From assembly GCA_965246715.1 (NCBI GenBank), contig CBDFFH010000002.1, positions 1 through 64,000 of the forward strand: DNA of 64,000 nucleotides. The letters run 5' to 3'. Numbering within the stretch: position 1 is the first letter of the stretch; every line of letters starts with the position of its first letter. The position numbers and the translations under genes are program-made. Shown here in pieces: positions 10,524 through 20,789 of this stretch. The notes below the pieces were generated by a model that was given only the letters and a program-made list of their open reading frames with translations, ran no database searches and was not told where the DNA came from. The DNA comes from Chamaesiphon sp. GTDB taxonomy: Bacteria; Cyanobacteriota; Cyanobacteriia; Cyanobacteriales; Chamaesiphonaceae.

Positions 10524-11801
10524 ATGACGACACCAACAATGAGCGAACCGAAGATCGAGAAATCGATCGATACATTACCAAAATGCCAATTTTGTCAACA
10601 TCCACTGACGCATACGCTGGTCGATCTGGGGATGTCGCCTTTGTGTGAGAGTTTTGTGAGTGCCGATCGCGTCAATCAAATGGAGGCATTTTATCCGCTG
10701 CATGTGCGTGTATGTGACAATTGTTTGCTGGCACAGCTAGAAGCCTATGTGAGTCCAGAACATATTTTTACTGAGTATGCCTACTTTTCCTCGTTTGCGG
10801 ATACTTGGCTGGAGCATTGCAAGGCTTATACGGCGATGATGGTGGAACGATTTGGACTAAACGAACAGAGTCAGGTGATCGAACTGGCGAGTAACGATGG
10901 TTATTTGCTGCAGTACTTTGTCGAGCGCAAGATTCCCGCTTTGGGAGTCGAACCAGCAGCGAATATTGCTAAAGTAGCGATCGCGAAAGGAATTCCGACG
11001 ATTAATGAATTTTTTGGCCGAGAATGCGCGCGAAAATTGGTAAGCCAGGGCAAGCAGGCGGATCTGATTGCGGCGAATAACGTCTTGGCTCACGTTCCCG
11101 ATCTGAACGATTTTGTAGCCGGAATTAAAATCTTGCTCAAGCCTCAAGGTGTGGCAACTGGTGAGATTCAGCATCTGATGCGGTTGATGGAGTCGAATCA
11201 ATTCGATACGATCTACCACGAACATTTTTGCTATCACACCCTCTCGACGCTAGAAAAAATCTATGCCGCGCATGGGATGACGATTTTTGATGTGGAGGAA
11301 CTACCAACGCATGGCGGATCGTTGCGAATTTATGCTTGTCATCAAGACGATCTAACTAAACCCGTCAGCGATCGTGTTATCGATCTCAAAGAGCGCGAAC
11401 GTGCAGCTGGCTTTACGTCGATCGATCGCTATACCAATTTTGAGGAACAGGTACGCGAAACCAAACGCAAGTTACTGGATTTCCTGATTCAGGCGAAGCG
11501 GGATGGTAAAACTGTCGTCGGTTATGGCGCACCAGGGAAAGGTAACACGCTACTAAACTATTGCGGCATCCGCACCGATTTTCTCGACTATACGGTCGAT
11601 CGCAATCCCTACAAACATGGGATGTTCTTGCCAGGAACGCACATTCCGATTTATCCTCCCACCAAAATCCAGGAAACCAAACCGGATTATGTTTTAATTT
11701 TGCCCTGGAATTTTAAGGATGAAATTATGCTGCAAATGAGTGGCATTAGTAAATGGGGTGGCAGATTCGTCGTCCCAGTTCCCGAACTGACTATTTACTA
11801 G
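10524..11801 (+). CDS. NDP-hexose C-methyltransferase (class I SAM-dependent, zinc-ribbon N-terminus)
   Basis: CxxC, DLG.SPLC, ELASNDG, DTIYHEH, GYGAPGKGNTLLN, LPWN. Confidence 0.9.
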   Translation: MTTPTMSEPKIEKSIDTLPKCQFCQHPLTHTLVDLGMSPLCESFVSADRVNQMEAFYPLHVRVCDNCLLAQLEAYVSPEHIFTEYAYFSSFADTWLEHCKAYTAMMVERFGLNEQSQVIELASNDGYLLQYFVERKIPALGVEPAANIAKVAIAKGIPTINEFFGRECARKLVSQGKQADLIAANNVLAHVPDLNDFVAGIKILLKPQGVATGEIQHLMRLMESNQFDTIYHEHFCYHTLSTLEKIYAAHGMTIFDVEELPTHGGSLRIYACHQDDLTKPVSDRVIDLKERERAAGFTSIDRYTNFEEQVRETKRKLLDFLIQAKRDGKTVVGYGAPGKGNTLLNYCGIRTDFLDYTVDRNPYKHGMFLPGTHIPIYPPTKIQETKPDYVLILPWNFKDEIMLQMSGISKWGGRFVVPVPELTIY

Positions 11802-11830
11802 AGCGGAGCGGGTAGGGAGGGGAATTAACT

Positions 11831-11907
11831 ATCCCCTATCCCCTATCCCCTATCCCCTATCCCCTATCCCCTATCCCCTATCCCCTATCCCCTATCCCCT
11901 ATCCCCT
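11831..11907 (+). repeat. STRR heptamer (ATCCCCT)x11
   Basis: 11 perfect copies counted, ending 4 nt before ATG 11912. Confidence 0.95.
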
Positions 11908-11911
11908 AAAC

Positions 11912-12475
11912 ATGCGGTTCACCCAAACTTCTCTAAAAGATGCCTATATCATCGAGCCAGAACGGCTTGAGGACGAGCGAGGATACTTTGCGCGCACTTG
12001 GTGTCAGCAGGAGTTTGCTCAGCACGGACTCGACTCGGAGTTGTCGCAGTGCAATATCTCGTTCAACCACAAGCAGGGAACGGTAAGGGGAATGCACCTG
12101 CAACTGTTGCCATTTGCCGAAACCAAACTGGTGCGGTGTCCGCAAGGCGCGATGTACGATGTCATCATCGATTTACGTGCCGATTCGCCAACTTTCCAGC
12201 AGTGGACGGCGATCGAATTGACGGCGGCAAACCTCAGAGCATTGTATGTGCCCAAAGGGTTTGCCCACGGGTTTCAAACACTGATGGATGATACGTCGGT
12301 CTTTTATCAGATGTCGGGTTTCTACCAGCCCGCTCACGCACGGGGGTTTCGCTGGAACGATCCTACCTTCAATATCGACTGGCCCCAGCCAGTCAATGTT
12401 ATCTCCGAGCGAGATCGTGACTATGACGACTACAGTGCGGAGCTTTTCGCGCCTGTGCGAGCGGCTTCAGCCTAA
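11912..12475 (+). CDS. rfbC: dTDP/CDP-4-dehydro-6-deoxyhexose 3,5-epimerase
   Basis: DERG.F, GTVRGMH, DVIIDLR..SPTF, YVPKGFAHGFQTL. Confidence 0.9.
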   Translation: MRFTQTSLKDAYIIEPERLEDERGYFARTWCQQEFAQHGLDSELSQCNISFNHKQGTVRGMHLQLLPFAETKLVRCPQGAMYDVIIDLRADSPTFQQWTAIELTAANLRALYVPKGFAHGFQTLMDDTSVFYQMSGFYQPAHARGFRWNDPTFNIDWPQPVNVISERDRDYDDYSAELFAPVRAASA

Positions 12476-12525
12476 TTGGAGCTATCTAGCGGGCGCTCGA
12501 TCGAACCTTAACTAAAAACCAATGT

Positions 12526-13833
12526 ATGCAAGTTAATTCAGAAATCGACGATCCGAGGCAACTCGGTTTAGATCTGTATCGTCTCATGTCCGACCTGTAT
12601 CCGATCTGCCGGAGTATTACTGGCGATGGGGTTCGCAAGACCTTATATATTCTCCAGCAATACATTCCGCTGGAGATCCATGAAGTGCCCACGGGTACCA
12701 AGGTCTTTGATTGGACGGTGCCCAAGGAGTGGAATATCCGCGATGCTTATGTCAAGAACGATCGGGGCGAGAAAGTCATTGACTTTCAGGTATCGAATTT
12801 GCATCTGCTCAACTACAGCACGCCGATTCACCAACGGATGCCCTTGTCAACATTAACAGAGCATCTATTTTCCCTGCCAGAACATCCCGACTGGATTCCC
12901 TATCGTACTGCCTACTACCAGGAAGCATGGGGATTTTGTTTGAGTCATCATGCCCTGGAACAACTTGAGGATGGAGAGTATGAAGTATGCATCGATTCCT
13001 CCCTAGCAGCGGGACATCTCACTTATGGCGAGTATTATTTGCCAGGGGAAACCGCTGAAGAAGTTTTGCTCTCATGCCATGTTTGTCATCCATCTCTGTG
13101 CAATGACAATCTCTCTGGCATCGTGCTGGCAACATTTCTGGCCAAACAGCTCGGTTCGTTGCCCAGACGCTATTCCTATCGCTTTGTGTTTGTCCCTGGG
13201 ACGATCGGATCGATTACTTGGTTGGCACTAAATGCCGATCGTACCGATCGCATCGCCCACGGACTGGTAATATCAGGGGTCGGCGATGCTGGGACGATGA
13301 CTTATAAAAAAAGTCGGCGTGGCAATGCCCAGATCGATCGGATTGTCGCCCATGTCTTGCAACATGCTGGCAAACCATATTCGATCCAAGAGTTTTCCCC
13401 ATACGGTTATGACGAGCGCCAATACTGTTCGCCAGGATTTAATCTGCCTGTCGGACGCTTGGGTAGAACGCCGTTTGGCAAATATCCTGAGTATCACACC
13501 TCTGCGGATAATTTGGATTTTGTCAAGCCAGAGGCTCTCGCCGATTCGTTGAATATTTATGCAGCCGCGATCGAGATAATCGAGCGCGATCTGACTTATT
13601 TAAATACCAATCCTTACTGTGAGCCGCAACTGGGCAAACGCGGTCTCTATAAAATGTATGGGGGAATGCAAACGAGCGAAGATGAGCGAATGGCACTGTT
13701 GTGGGTGCTGAACTTATCTGATGGGCAACATAGTCTACTGGATATCGCCGAGCGATCGGGGATCGACTTCCAGATAATTTCCAAGGCAGCGGATGCGTTG
13801 GCCCAACATGACTTGTTGCAAAAGTCCAGCTAA
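12526..13833 (+). CDS. DUF4910/M28 aminopeptidase-like polysaccharide biosynthesis protein
   Basis: PICRSITG, FDWTVP.EW, CHPSLCNDNLSG, DERQY.SPG, EYHTSAD; C-terminal HTH. Confidence 0.85.
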   Translation: MQVNSEIDDPRQLGLDLYRLMSDLYPICRSITGDGVRKTLYILQQYIPLEIHEVPTGTKVFDWTVPKEWNIRDAYVKNDRGEKVIDFQVSNLHLLNYSTPIHQRMPLSTLTEHLFSLPEHPDWIPYRTAYYQEAWGFCLSHHALEQLEDGEYEVCIDSSLAAGHLTYGEYYLPGETAEEVLLSCHVCHPSLCNDNLSGIVLATFLAKQLGSLPRRYSYRFVFVPGTIGSITWLALNADRTDRIAHGLVISGVGDAGTMTYKKSRRGNAQIDRIVAHVLQHAGKPYSIQEFSPYGYDERQYCSPGFNLPVGRLGRTPFGKYPEYHTSADNLDFVKPEALADSLNIYAAAIEIIERDLTYLNTNPYCEPQLGKRGLYKMYGGMQTSEDERMALLWVLNLSDGQHSLLDIAERSGIDFQIISKAADALAQHDLLQKSS

Positions 13834-13899
13834 AAAGTTCGATGTTAGCGATCGTCACAAATTTTGGGTCGCTTTAGCCTAATTATCATAAGTGCAGCT

Positions 13900-14640
13900 A
13901 TGTCAACATTTTTAGGTCGAGTGGCAGTGGTTACGGGTGCTAGCAGTGGTATTGGCAAAGCAATCGCGCAAGCGCTTGCCGCCGAGGGTGCAACGGTGTG
14001 TTTAATTGGGCGAGATCTGGACAGACTAACGGCTGTTACGGCATCTTTACCTGCAAGCAAGTCCAACATTTTTAACTATCAAGCAGATTTATTAGTGGAC
14101 GCAGATATCCACCGATTGGTGGAAACAATTGCGTCGGAGCACGGCCGGCTCGATCTGTTAATCCACAGTGCGGGTATTATCTTGATGGGCAATATCGAAA
14201 CAGCTAAGATTGAAGATTTCGATCGGCAATATCAGCTCAATGTTCGCGCTCCATACTTGTTAACTCAAAAGGCTTTGCCGCTAATCGAAGCTTGCCGGGG
14301 GCAAATCGTGTTAATCAATTCTAGTGTTTGTTTGAATGCCAGAGCAGGCATCGCTCAATATACAGCTACCAAGCAGGCATTGAAAGCGGTTGCTGATTGT
14401 TTGCGCGCTGAGGTCAACGCTGATGGCATCCGTGTCATTAGCTTTTACTTGGGGCGCACCAATACTCCCATGCAAGCAGCCATCTATCAACAAGAAGGCC
14501 GAATGTACCAACCCGATCTGGCGATCCAGCCAGAAGATGTCGCCGAAACCGTACTTCAGACACTGGCAATATCACATACAGCCGAAATCACTGATGTTAA
14601 CATCAGACCAATGAAAAACTTAAGTACAAACTACAAGTAA
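13900..14640 (+). CDS. Short-chain dehydrogenase/reductase
   Basis: TGASSGIG and YTATK motifs. Confidence 0.9.
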   Translation: MSTFLGRVAVVTGASSGIGKAIAQALAAEGATVCLIGRDLDRLTAVTASLPASKSNIFNYQADLLVDADIHRLVETIASEHGRLDLLIHSAGIILMGNIETAKIEDFDRQYQLNVRAPYLLTQKALPLIEACRGQIVLINSSVCLNARAGIAQYTATKQALKAVADCLRAEVNADGIRVISFYLGRTNTPMQAAIYQQEGRMYQPDLAIQPEDVAETVLQTLAISHTAEITDVNIRPMKNLSTNYK

Positions 14641-14656
14641 TCAGGAGCAATATATA

Positions 14657-15457
14657 ATGAAAGTCGTACTATTTTGTGGCGGTCTGGGCACGCGATTGAG
14701 AGAATATTCGGAAACGACACCAAAGCCAATGGTCGAGATCGGCTACCGCCCGATTATTTGGCATCTCATGCGCTATTATGCCCATTTCGGGCACAAAGAT
14801 TTCATCCTCTGCCTGGGATATAAGGGCGATTTTATCAAAAATTATTTTCTTAATTACAACGAATGCTTGTCCAATAACTTTACTTTGTCTGATGGTGGTA
14901 AAAGCGTTCGCGTCCACAATAACGATATTGAAGATTGGACGATTTCCTTCGTCGATACCGGACTAAATACAAATATCGGCCAACGCTTGAAGATCGTACA
15001 ACCCTATCTAGAAGGGGAGGAAGTTTTTCTAGCTAACTATGCAGATGGCCTGAGCAACCTGGATCTCGATGTGTATCTCGATCGGTTCTATAAGCATGAC
15101 AAGATTGCCAGTTTTCTAGCCGTCCAACCTTCGCAATCATTTCATGTAGTTTTTCTTAATGGTGATTCATTAGTCGAAAATATTCAGTCTGCAGATCGAT
15201 CGGATTTATGGATTAATGGTGGTTTTTTCGCCTTCAAACAGGAAATATTCGAGCACATTCAAGATGGGGAAGAACTCGTACTCGCTCCCTTTCAGCGGTT
15301 GATTCAAAAGCAAGAGTTGGTAGCATACCGAAATCCCGGTTTTTGGGCTTGCATGGATACGTTAAAGGAAAAAATGATGTTCGATGAGATGTATGCCAAC
15401 GGTAAAACTCCTTGGGCAGTCTGGGATGCTCCATTAACTGAAACTTTAAGTAGTTAA
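14657..15457 (+). CDS. rfbF: Glucose-1-phosphate cytidylyltransferase
   Basis: CGGLGTRL, PKPMVEIG, WINGGFF, GFWACMDT. Confidence 0.9.
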   Translation: MKVVLFCGGLGTRLREYSETTPKPMVEIGYRPIIWHLMRYYAHFGHKDFILCLGYKGDFIKNYFLNYNECLSNNFTLSDGGKSVRVHNNDIEDWTISFVDTGLNTNIGQRLKIVQPYLEGEEVFLANYADGLSNLDLDVYLDRFYKHDKIASFLAVQPSQSFHVVFLNGDSLVENIQSADRSDLWINGGFFAFKQEIFEHIQDGEELVLAPFQRLIQKQELVAYRNPGFWACMDTLKEKMMFDEMYANGKTPWAVWDAPLTETLSS

Positions 15458-15655
15458 ATCGTTCAAACAATCACAGCTTTGGAGAATCATCAATCAGCGA
15501 TCGATGCGATCGAGATCACAGTTTTGCCAAAACTTTTGTTTTTATTCATAGATTGCATAATAAGACATTGTGCGGATGTATGTTTTAAGTATGTGATATA
15601 AAATGTGATTCTTAATCGATCGTGTAGTATTCGCAATTATCAAAGTGCCTATCAT

Positions 15656-16309
15656 ATGATGAAATTTAATCTCGATCGGGAAGAGGACTCTCCATATCGG
15701 ATACTTTGTCTTGGCGCTCACAGTGATGACATTGAAATTGGCTGTGGTGGAACTTTATTGAAGTTGATGGAGCTATATCCCAACTTACATATTCATTGGG
15801 TAGTATTGGGTGCTAACGGACAGCGCGAGCAGGAAGCGTCGAACAGTGCTGCGGGTTTTCTAGCAGGGATCGCCGATCGCAAGGTTAGCATTCGCGGTTT
15901 TCGAGATGGCTTTTTCCCTTACATGGCAACTGAAATCAAAGAATATTTTGAGGAAATCAAGTTTGGAATCGTACCCGATCTAATTTTGACGCATTATCGT
16001 GAGGATCGGCATCAAGATCATCGGTTGATTTCTGACTTAACTTGGAATACGTTTCGGGAACATACAATTTGGGAATACGAAATTCCAAAGTATGATGGCG
16101 ATCTTGGCTCTCCCAATCTGTTCGTTCATCTCAGCGAAGAAATTTGCCGTAGGAAAATCACCAACCTATTCGAGCATTTCCAGAGTCAGTCAAACAAAGG
16201 ATGGTTCACCGAAGATACATTTTTAGCAATGCTACGCATCCGGGGAATGGAGTCGAATTCACCTAGCAAATATGCCGAAGCATTTTACTGTCGAAAGATG
16301 ATCGTCTAA
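15656..16309 (+). CDS. PIG-L/LmbE family deacetylase
   Basis: GAHSDD.E, D.HQDH. Confidence 0.9.
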   Translation: MMKFNLDREEDSPYRILCLGAHSDDIEIGCGGTLLKLMELYPNLHIHWVVLGANGQREQEASNSAAGFLAGIADRKVSIRGFRDGFFPYMATEIKEYFEEIKFGIVPDLILTHYREDRHQDHRLISDLTWNTFREHTIWEYEIPKYDGDLGSPNLFVHLSEEICRRKITNLFEHFQSQSNKGWFTEDTFLAMLRIRGMESNSPSKYAEAFYCRKMIV

Positions 16310-16352
16310 TATAAAAAAATATTAAATCTATTTACTTGTAAGAAAGCTATAT

Positions 16353-17306
16353 ATGACAGAAAACGCACCTCTGGTCAGTATTGGCTGTCCAACCTATAAC
16401 CGACCAAAAGGGTTACGGCACATGTTGGAATGCTCGATCGCTCAAACTTATACTAATATTGAAATTATCGTGTCCGACAACTGCTCGGAGGGAGAAGAAA
16501 CTGAGAAAGTCGTGCGCGAATTGATGCAAAAAGATGCCCGAATTAAATATTTTAAACAGTCAAAGAATATCGGCTCTTTTAATAACTATCAATTCCTGCT
16601 CGCACAGGCTCAAGGCGAATATTTTGCTTGGGCATGCGACGACGATGCCCGCGAGCCTCAATTTATTGAATCTTGTATTAAAGAATTCGAGCGGTTAAAA
16701 ACGCCATTAATCGTGAATAGTTATTCCCAGCGCGTGGATAAACAATTAGATAAGGTAATTGCGATCGATAAGGGCTGCACCACAATCGGGATGCCTGCAT
16801 ATCAACGTTATATCAAATATATCTCCACAATTTATACCGAACAGGCCGCAGTTACCGATATAAATTACGGGGTCGTTAACCGGGAAGCATTAGTAACTGC
16901 AATGCGAGATGTGCCGAATATTGCTGGTTGGGATCATGTCCTGTTAGCTCGGCTTGCTTTAGATGGAGAATTTTATACAATTCCCACTGTAATGATGGAA
17001 TCTGGAGCTTCTGGAATGAGTGTCAATCATGCCAATGTGATTAAAACTCAGCTTGTTAGTGAATCAAAATCCGCAACGATGCCCGTTTGGGTCAGGCAAA
17101 CATACCAACAACGAACGATTTGGAATTCACCAAGTCTCACTAGATTTGAAAAATTATATCTATCAACCTGGTCTTATCTTTATTACTTTACAACGCATGG
17201 GCTGAAAATGTGGGTAATAAGATTATTTCCAGAGCTTGTTTCATTGTTTAGATATCGTAATCCTCAGCGTAATAAAGGTACTAGATCGCCATATAAATCG
17301 CATTAA
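16353..17306 (+). CDS. Glycosyltransferase family 2
   Basis: VSIG.PTYN, IIVSDNCS, DDD. Confidence 0.9.
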   Translation: MTENAPLVSIGCPTYNRPKGLRHMLECSIAQTYTNIEIIVSDNCSEGEETEKVVRELMQKDARIKYFKQSKNIGSFNNYQFLLAQAQGEYFAWACDDDAREPQFIESCIKEFERLKTPLIVNSYSQRVDKQLDKVIAIDKGCTTIGMPAYQRYIKYISTIYTEQAAVTDINYGVVNREALVTAMRDVPNIAGWDHVLLARLALDGEFYTIPTVMMESGASGMSVNHANVIKTQLVSESKSATMPVWVRQTYQQRTIWNSPSLTRFEKLYLSTWSYLYYFTTHGLKMWVIRLFPELVSLFRYRNPQRNKGTRSPYKSH

Positions 17307-17593
17307 CTGCCATGTCAGAGCGGATTAGTTGCAATCGACAGCCGATCGTCTGTCTCAACTAATGTATTAATTATAACTAGAGATTCAGCTAAATGATTAT
17401 TGACATTTTGGATTTTTTTTGGCAATGATAAGAACGAAGATAGATCTGTCAAAACATTAGATCGATATCACCAAAAGTTGTGACCGCGATCGCAACTAAA
17501 AATTAGCGAACTCGAACTCGACTCAAAATACCGATACTAGTTCCGATCGAAATTTTCTCTTCAAACACACATAGTTCACCTCGGAGCGATCGA

Positions 17594-19030
17594 ATGACCG
17601 ATCCAAAAATACTCGACCGTACCAACAGCACCTGGAATACGGGAGACATCAGGGCGACCAAATTTTTAATTCGGCGGCGAACAGTCATTCGCGGCATTGG
17701 TCTAATCTTGCTGATGTTGTTAGATGCTTTGATGATTTGCTGGGCGTGGACGATCGCCGATACGCTCGGCACACCGGTCAATGGGATTCATCTATTTACA
17801 TCGATCGTCCCAATTTTAGCCCTCAGCGTTGCAACTCTAGCCGCTTCGGGGCACTACGGTAGTGATGACAAATATCATACGCTGGCGAAATTATTTAAAT
17901 CGCTGACACTAGCTCAGTTTGTCCTACTCATTGCCGCTTTTTTCTATCAACCTGGCGTTTGGGTATCTCGATCTGTTTTCATCATTGCCTGGTTACTGAG
18001 TATCATTTTTATAGCTGGCGAACGATTATTGCTCGATCTTGCGATCGCCCAAACTCGCAAGCGCAATCCAAAATTGCAGCACCCAGTATTTCTGATGGGC
18101 GATCGATCCGGCATCGAAAAAGTTCGCAAACTCTTAAGACGCTCTCAACAATTTCGCGTAGACGGAATTATCGATCTCTCAGTCTGGGATATCGAGCATC
18201 AATTAGACCAGATTATCGATCGCATCCGTGCGCTCAAAATCAGTGAAGTGTTTATTTGCTCGCATCAGTTGGTGACAAATCAGGTGGTATTATTCTGGCA
18301 TTTGAAGTCTGCAGGCGTACATTTGCGGATCGTACATACCGAGCTAGAACTGCCACAACACTGCTCTGAGACTAAGATGATCGAAGAAATACCCACAGTC
18401 CGGTTTAAATCTTTACCGATTCTCGGGGTTGATTTCCGGCTGAAATGTTTTTTGGATCTAATTGCTTCATTTTTGATTTTGATACTGATTAGTCCGATTC
18501 TGCTGATCGTGGCCATCGCGATCAAATTAGACTCGCCAGGGCCAATTTTCTATCGACAGTCCCGGGTGGGACTCAAAGGAACTCATTTCCAAGTCTGGAA
18601 GTTTCGGACGATGGTGGTAAATGCGAGTGAATTACAAAAAGAATTAGAAGCTCAAAATGAAGTTCAAGGCGGCGTACTCTTTAAAATCAAAGACGATCCG
18701 CGAATTACAAAAATTGGTAAGTTTCTCCGGCGCTATAGTCTGGACGAGCTACCCCAATTGATCAATGTCTTACAGGGTGAAATGAGTCTGGTTGGCCCCC
18801 GCCCATTGCCATTACGTGATGTGGAGCGTTTTTCTAAAGATCATTTTCTGCGGCATGAGGTTTTACCTGGGATTACAGGTTTGTGGCAAGTCAAGGGCCG
18901 ATCGAATGTCGATTCGGATGATGTCTTCTATTGGGACATCATGTATATCTTGCAATGGTCGCTGGCGCTGGATCTGAATATCTTGTTTCAGACGATCCGG
19001 GCCGTGTTAACCAGGGAAGGGGCATATTAA
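17594..19030 (+). CDS. Undecaprenyl-phosphate sugar phosphotransferase (WcaJ-like priming GT)
   Basis: KFRTM, DDPRIT.IG.FLR..SLDELPQ, SLVGPRP, PGITGLWQV. Confidence 0.92.
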   Translation: MTDPKILDRTNSTWNTGDIRATKFLIRRRTVIRGIGLILLMLLDALMICWAWTIADTLGTPVNGIHLFTSIVPILALSVATLAASGHYGSDDKYHTLAKLFKSLTLAQFVLLIAAFFYQPGVWVSRSVFIIAWLLSIIFIAGERLLLDLAIAQTRKRNPKLQHPVFLMGDRSGIEKVRKLLRRSQQFRVDGIIDLSVWDIEHQLDQIIDRIRALKISEVFICSHQLVTNQVVLFWHLKSAGVHLRIVHTELELPQHCSETKMIEEIPTVRFKSLPILGVDFRLKCFLDLIASFLILILISPILLIVAIAIKLDSPGPIFYRQSRVGLKGTHFQVWKFRTMVVNASELQKELEAQNEVQGGVLFKIKDDPRITKIGKFLRRYSLDELPQLINVLQGEMSLVGPRPLPLRDVERFSKDHFLRHEVLPGITGLWQVKGRSNVDSDDVFYWDIMYILQWSLALDLNILFQTIRAVLTREGAY

Positions 19031-19092
19031 CCAGCGTTGATTTGCGATTTAGATCTGATATTTTGGCGTGAATGAGTCGAGATGGGATTTAT

Positions 19093-19225
19093 GGCGTTGC
19101 TGAATTAATGTATGAAATGCACAAACAATTTTTGTAGGGGTAATGCCTCGTGCTTACCCCGCATCGATTCAGGGTACTCACAAGGGGCACCCCTACAAAA
19201 AATCATACCCATATTCAGCAACGCC
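19093..19225. mobile_element. 133-bp MITE, copy 1
   Basis: 13-bp TIR GGCGTTGCTGAAT; 8-bp TSD GGATTTAT on both sides; internal GTAG REP doublet. Confidence 0.9.
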
Positions 19226-19310
19226 GGATTTATTAACACCTGATATTTTAGTCGATCGCCACAGGTTGCCACTTGAGTAACATCTGCGGCGATTTTTTAT
19301 TGAAAATTTC

Positions 19311-19367
19311 CATACCCGACTATTTTAGTCGGGTATGTTTGACGGCTCGATTGAGGCATGATACTAT
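19311..19367 (+). promoter_or_regulatory. Rrf2/IscR-type operator plus sigma70 promoter of thrC-moaD
   Basis: CATACCCGACTA-TTT-TAGTCGGGTATG (19311-19337); TTGACG 19339-19344, 17-bp spacer, TGn-TACTAT 19362-19367. Confidence 0.7.
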
Positions 19368-19414
19368 CGATTTCAACCAGTTGACGGATATCTAACTCAT
19401 AGCGACATCCCACC

Positions 19415-20713
19415 ATGACCCAAGCGACCCTAAACAGCAATCGAACCACTGCCGCCAAAGGACTAGTCTGCAAAGAGTGCAAACAGGAGTACCCACTTCA
19501 AGCCACACACATTTGCGAACTCTGCTTCGGGCCATTGGAAGTACAATATGACTACGATTACCTCCGCACCAAAGTAACTCGTCAAAGCATTCAAGCTGGC
19601 CCCAACTCGATTTGGCGCTACAAAGATTTACTCCCCGTTCCCGACGAGCATATTATCGATGTCGGTACTGGGATGACTCCCCTGCTCAAAGCCAATCGGT
19701 TGGCACGTCGCCTCGGCTTAAAAAATCTCTACATCAAAAACGATGCTGTAAATATGCCCACCTTGAGCTTCAAGGATCGGGTGGTATCGGTCGCACTTTC
19801 CAAAGCCAAAGAATTTGGCTTCTCCACGATTTCTTGTGCGAGTACTGGTAACTTAGCCAACTCTACTGCCGCGATCGCCGCTCATGCTGGGTTAGAGTGC
19901 TGTGTATTCATCCCTGCTGATTTAGAAGCTGGCAAAGTCATGGGTACGGTCATTTACGGCCCGACGGTGATGGCTGTCAAAGGTAATTACGACCAAGTAA
20001 ATCGCCTCTGTTGTGAAGTCGCCAATACTTACGGTTGGGGATTTGTAAATATCAATCTGCGTCCTTACTATTCTGAAGGCTCGAAAACCCTCGGTTATGA
20101 AGTCGCCGAACAATTGGGCTGGCAATTACCCGACCACATCGTTGCACCATTGGCTTCGGGTTCGCTATTTACCAAGATTCACAAAGGTTTCCAGGAATTT
20201 GCCAAACTGGGTTTGGTAGAAGACAAGAATGTTCGCTTTAGTGGCGCACAAGCTGAAGGTTGTTCGCCGATCGCCCAAGCATATGCTGAAGGTCGTGATT
20301 TTGTCACTCCAGTCAAACCCAACACGATCGCTAAATCGATCGCGATTGGCAATCCCGCTGATGGACTCTACGCACTAGAACTGGCGCGCAAAACTAACGG
20401 AAATATCGAATCAGTCACCGATGCCGAAATCATCGAAGGCATGAAACTGCTCGCCGAAACTGAAGGCATCTTCACTGAAACCGCTGGCGGTACGACAATT
20501 GCCGTACTCAAGAAATTGGTCGAAGCTGGTAAAATAAACCCCGATGAAACCACCGTAGTTTACATCACTGGCAACGGCTTAAAAACCCAAGAAGCAATCC
20601 AGGGCTATGTTGGCGAACCCCTGACCATCGAAGCCAAATTAGATAGCTTCGAGCGCGCCCTCGAACGTTCGCAAACACTCGATCGCCTCGACTGGCAAGC
20701 AACTCCCGTCTAA
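19415..20713 (+). CDS. thrC: Threonine synthase-like PLP enzyme
   Basis: PTLSFKDR (PLP lysine), CASTGN, EGSKTLGYE, TGNGLK; N-terminal CxxC pairs. Confidence 0.88.
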   Translation: MTQATLNSNRTTAAKGLVCKECKQEYPLQATHICELCFGPLEVQYDYDYLRTKVTRQSIQAGPNSIWRYKDLLPVPDEHIIDVGTGMTPLLKANRLARRLGLKNLYIKNDAVNMPTLSFKDRVVSVALSKAKEFGFSTISCASTGNLANSTAAIAAHAGLECCVFIPADLEAGKVMGTVIYGPTVMAVKGNYDQVNRLCCEVANTYGWGFVNINLRPYYSEGSKTLGYEVAEQLGWQLPDHIVAPLASGSLFTKIHKGFQEFAKLGLVEDKNVRFSGAQAEGCSPIAQAYAEGRDFVTPVKPNTIAKSIAIGNPADGLYALELARKTNGNIESVTDAEIIEGMKLLAETEGIFTETAGGTTIAVLKKLVEAGKINPDETTVVYITGNGLKTQEAIQGYVGEPLTIEAKLDSFERALERSQTLDRLDWQATPV

Positions 20714-20789
20714 TTGGCGGAGGCCACGACGATCGGGCTAGAGTACGATCGAGTGAGAAGTCAATCCAAAATCCAAAATCTAAAATCGA

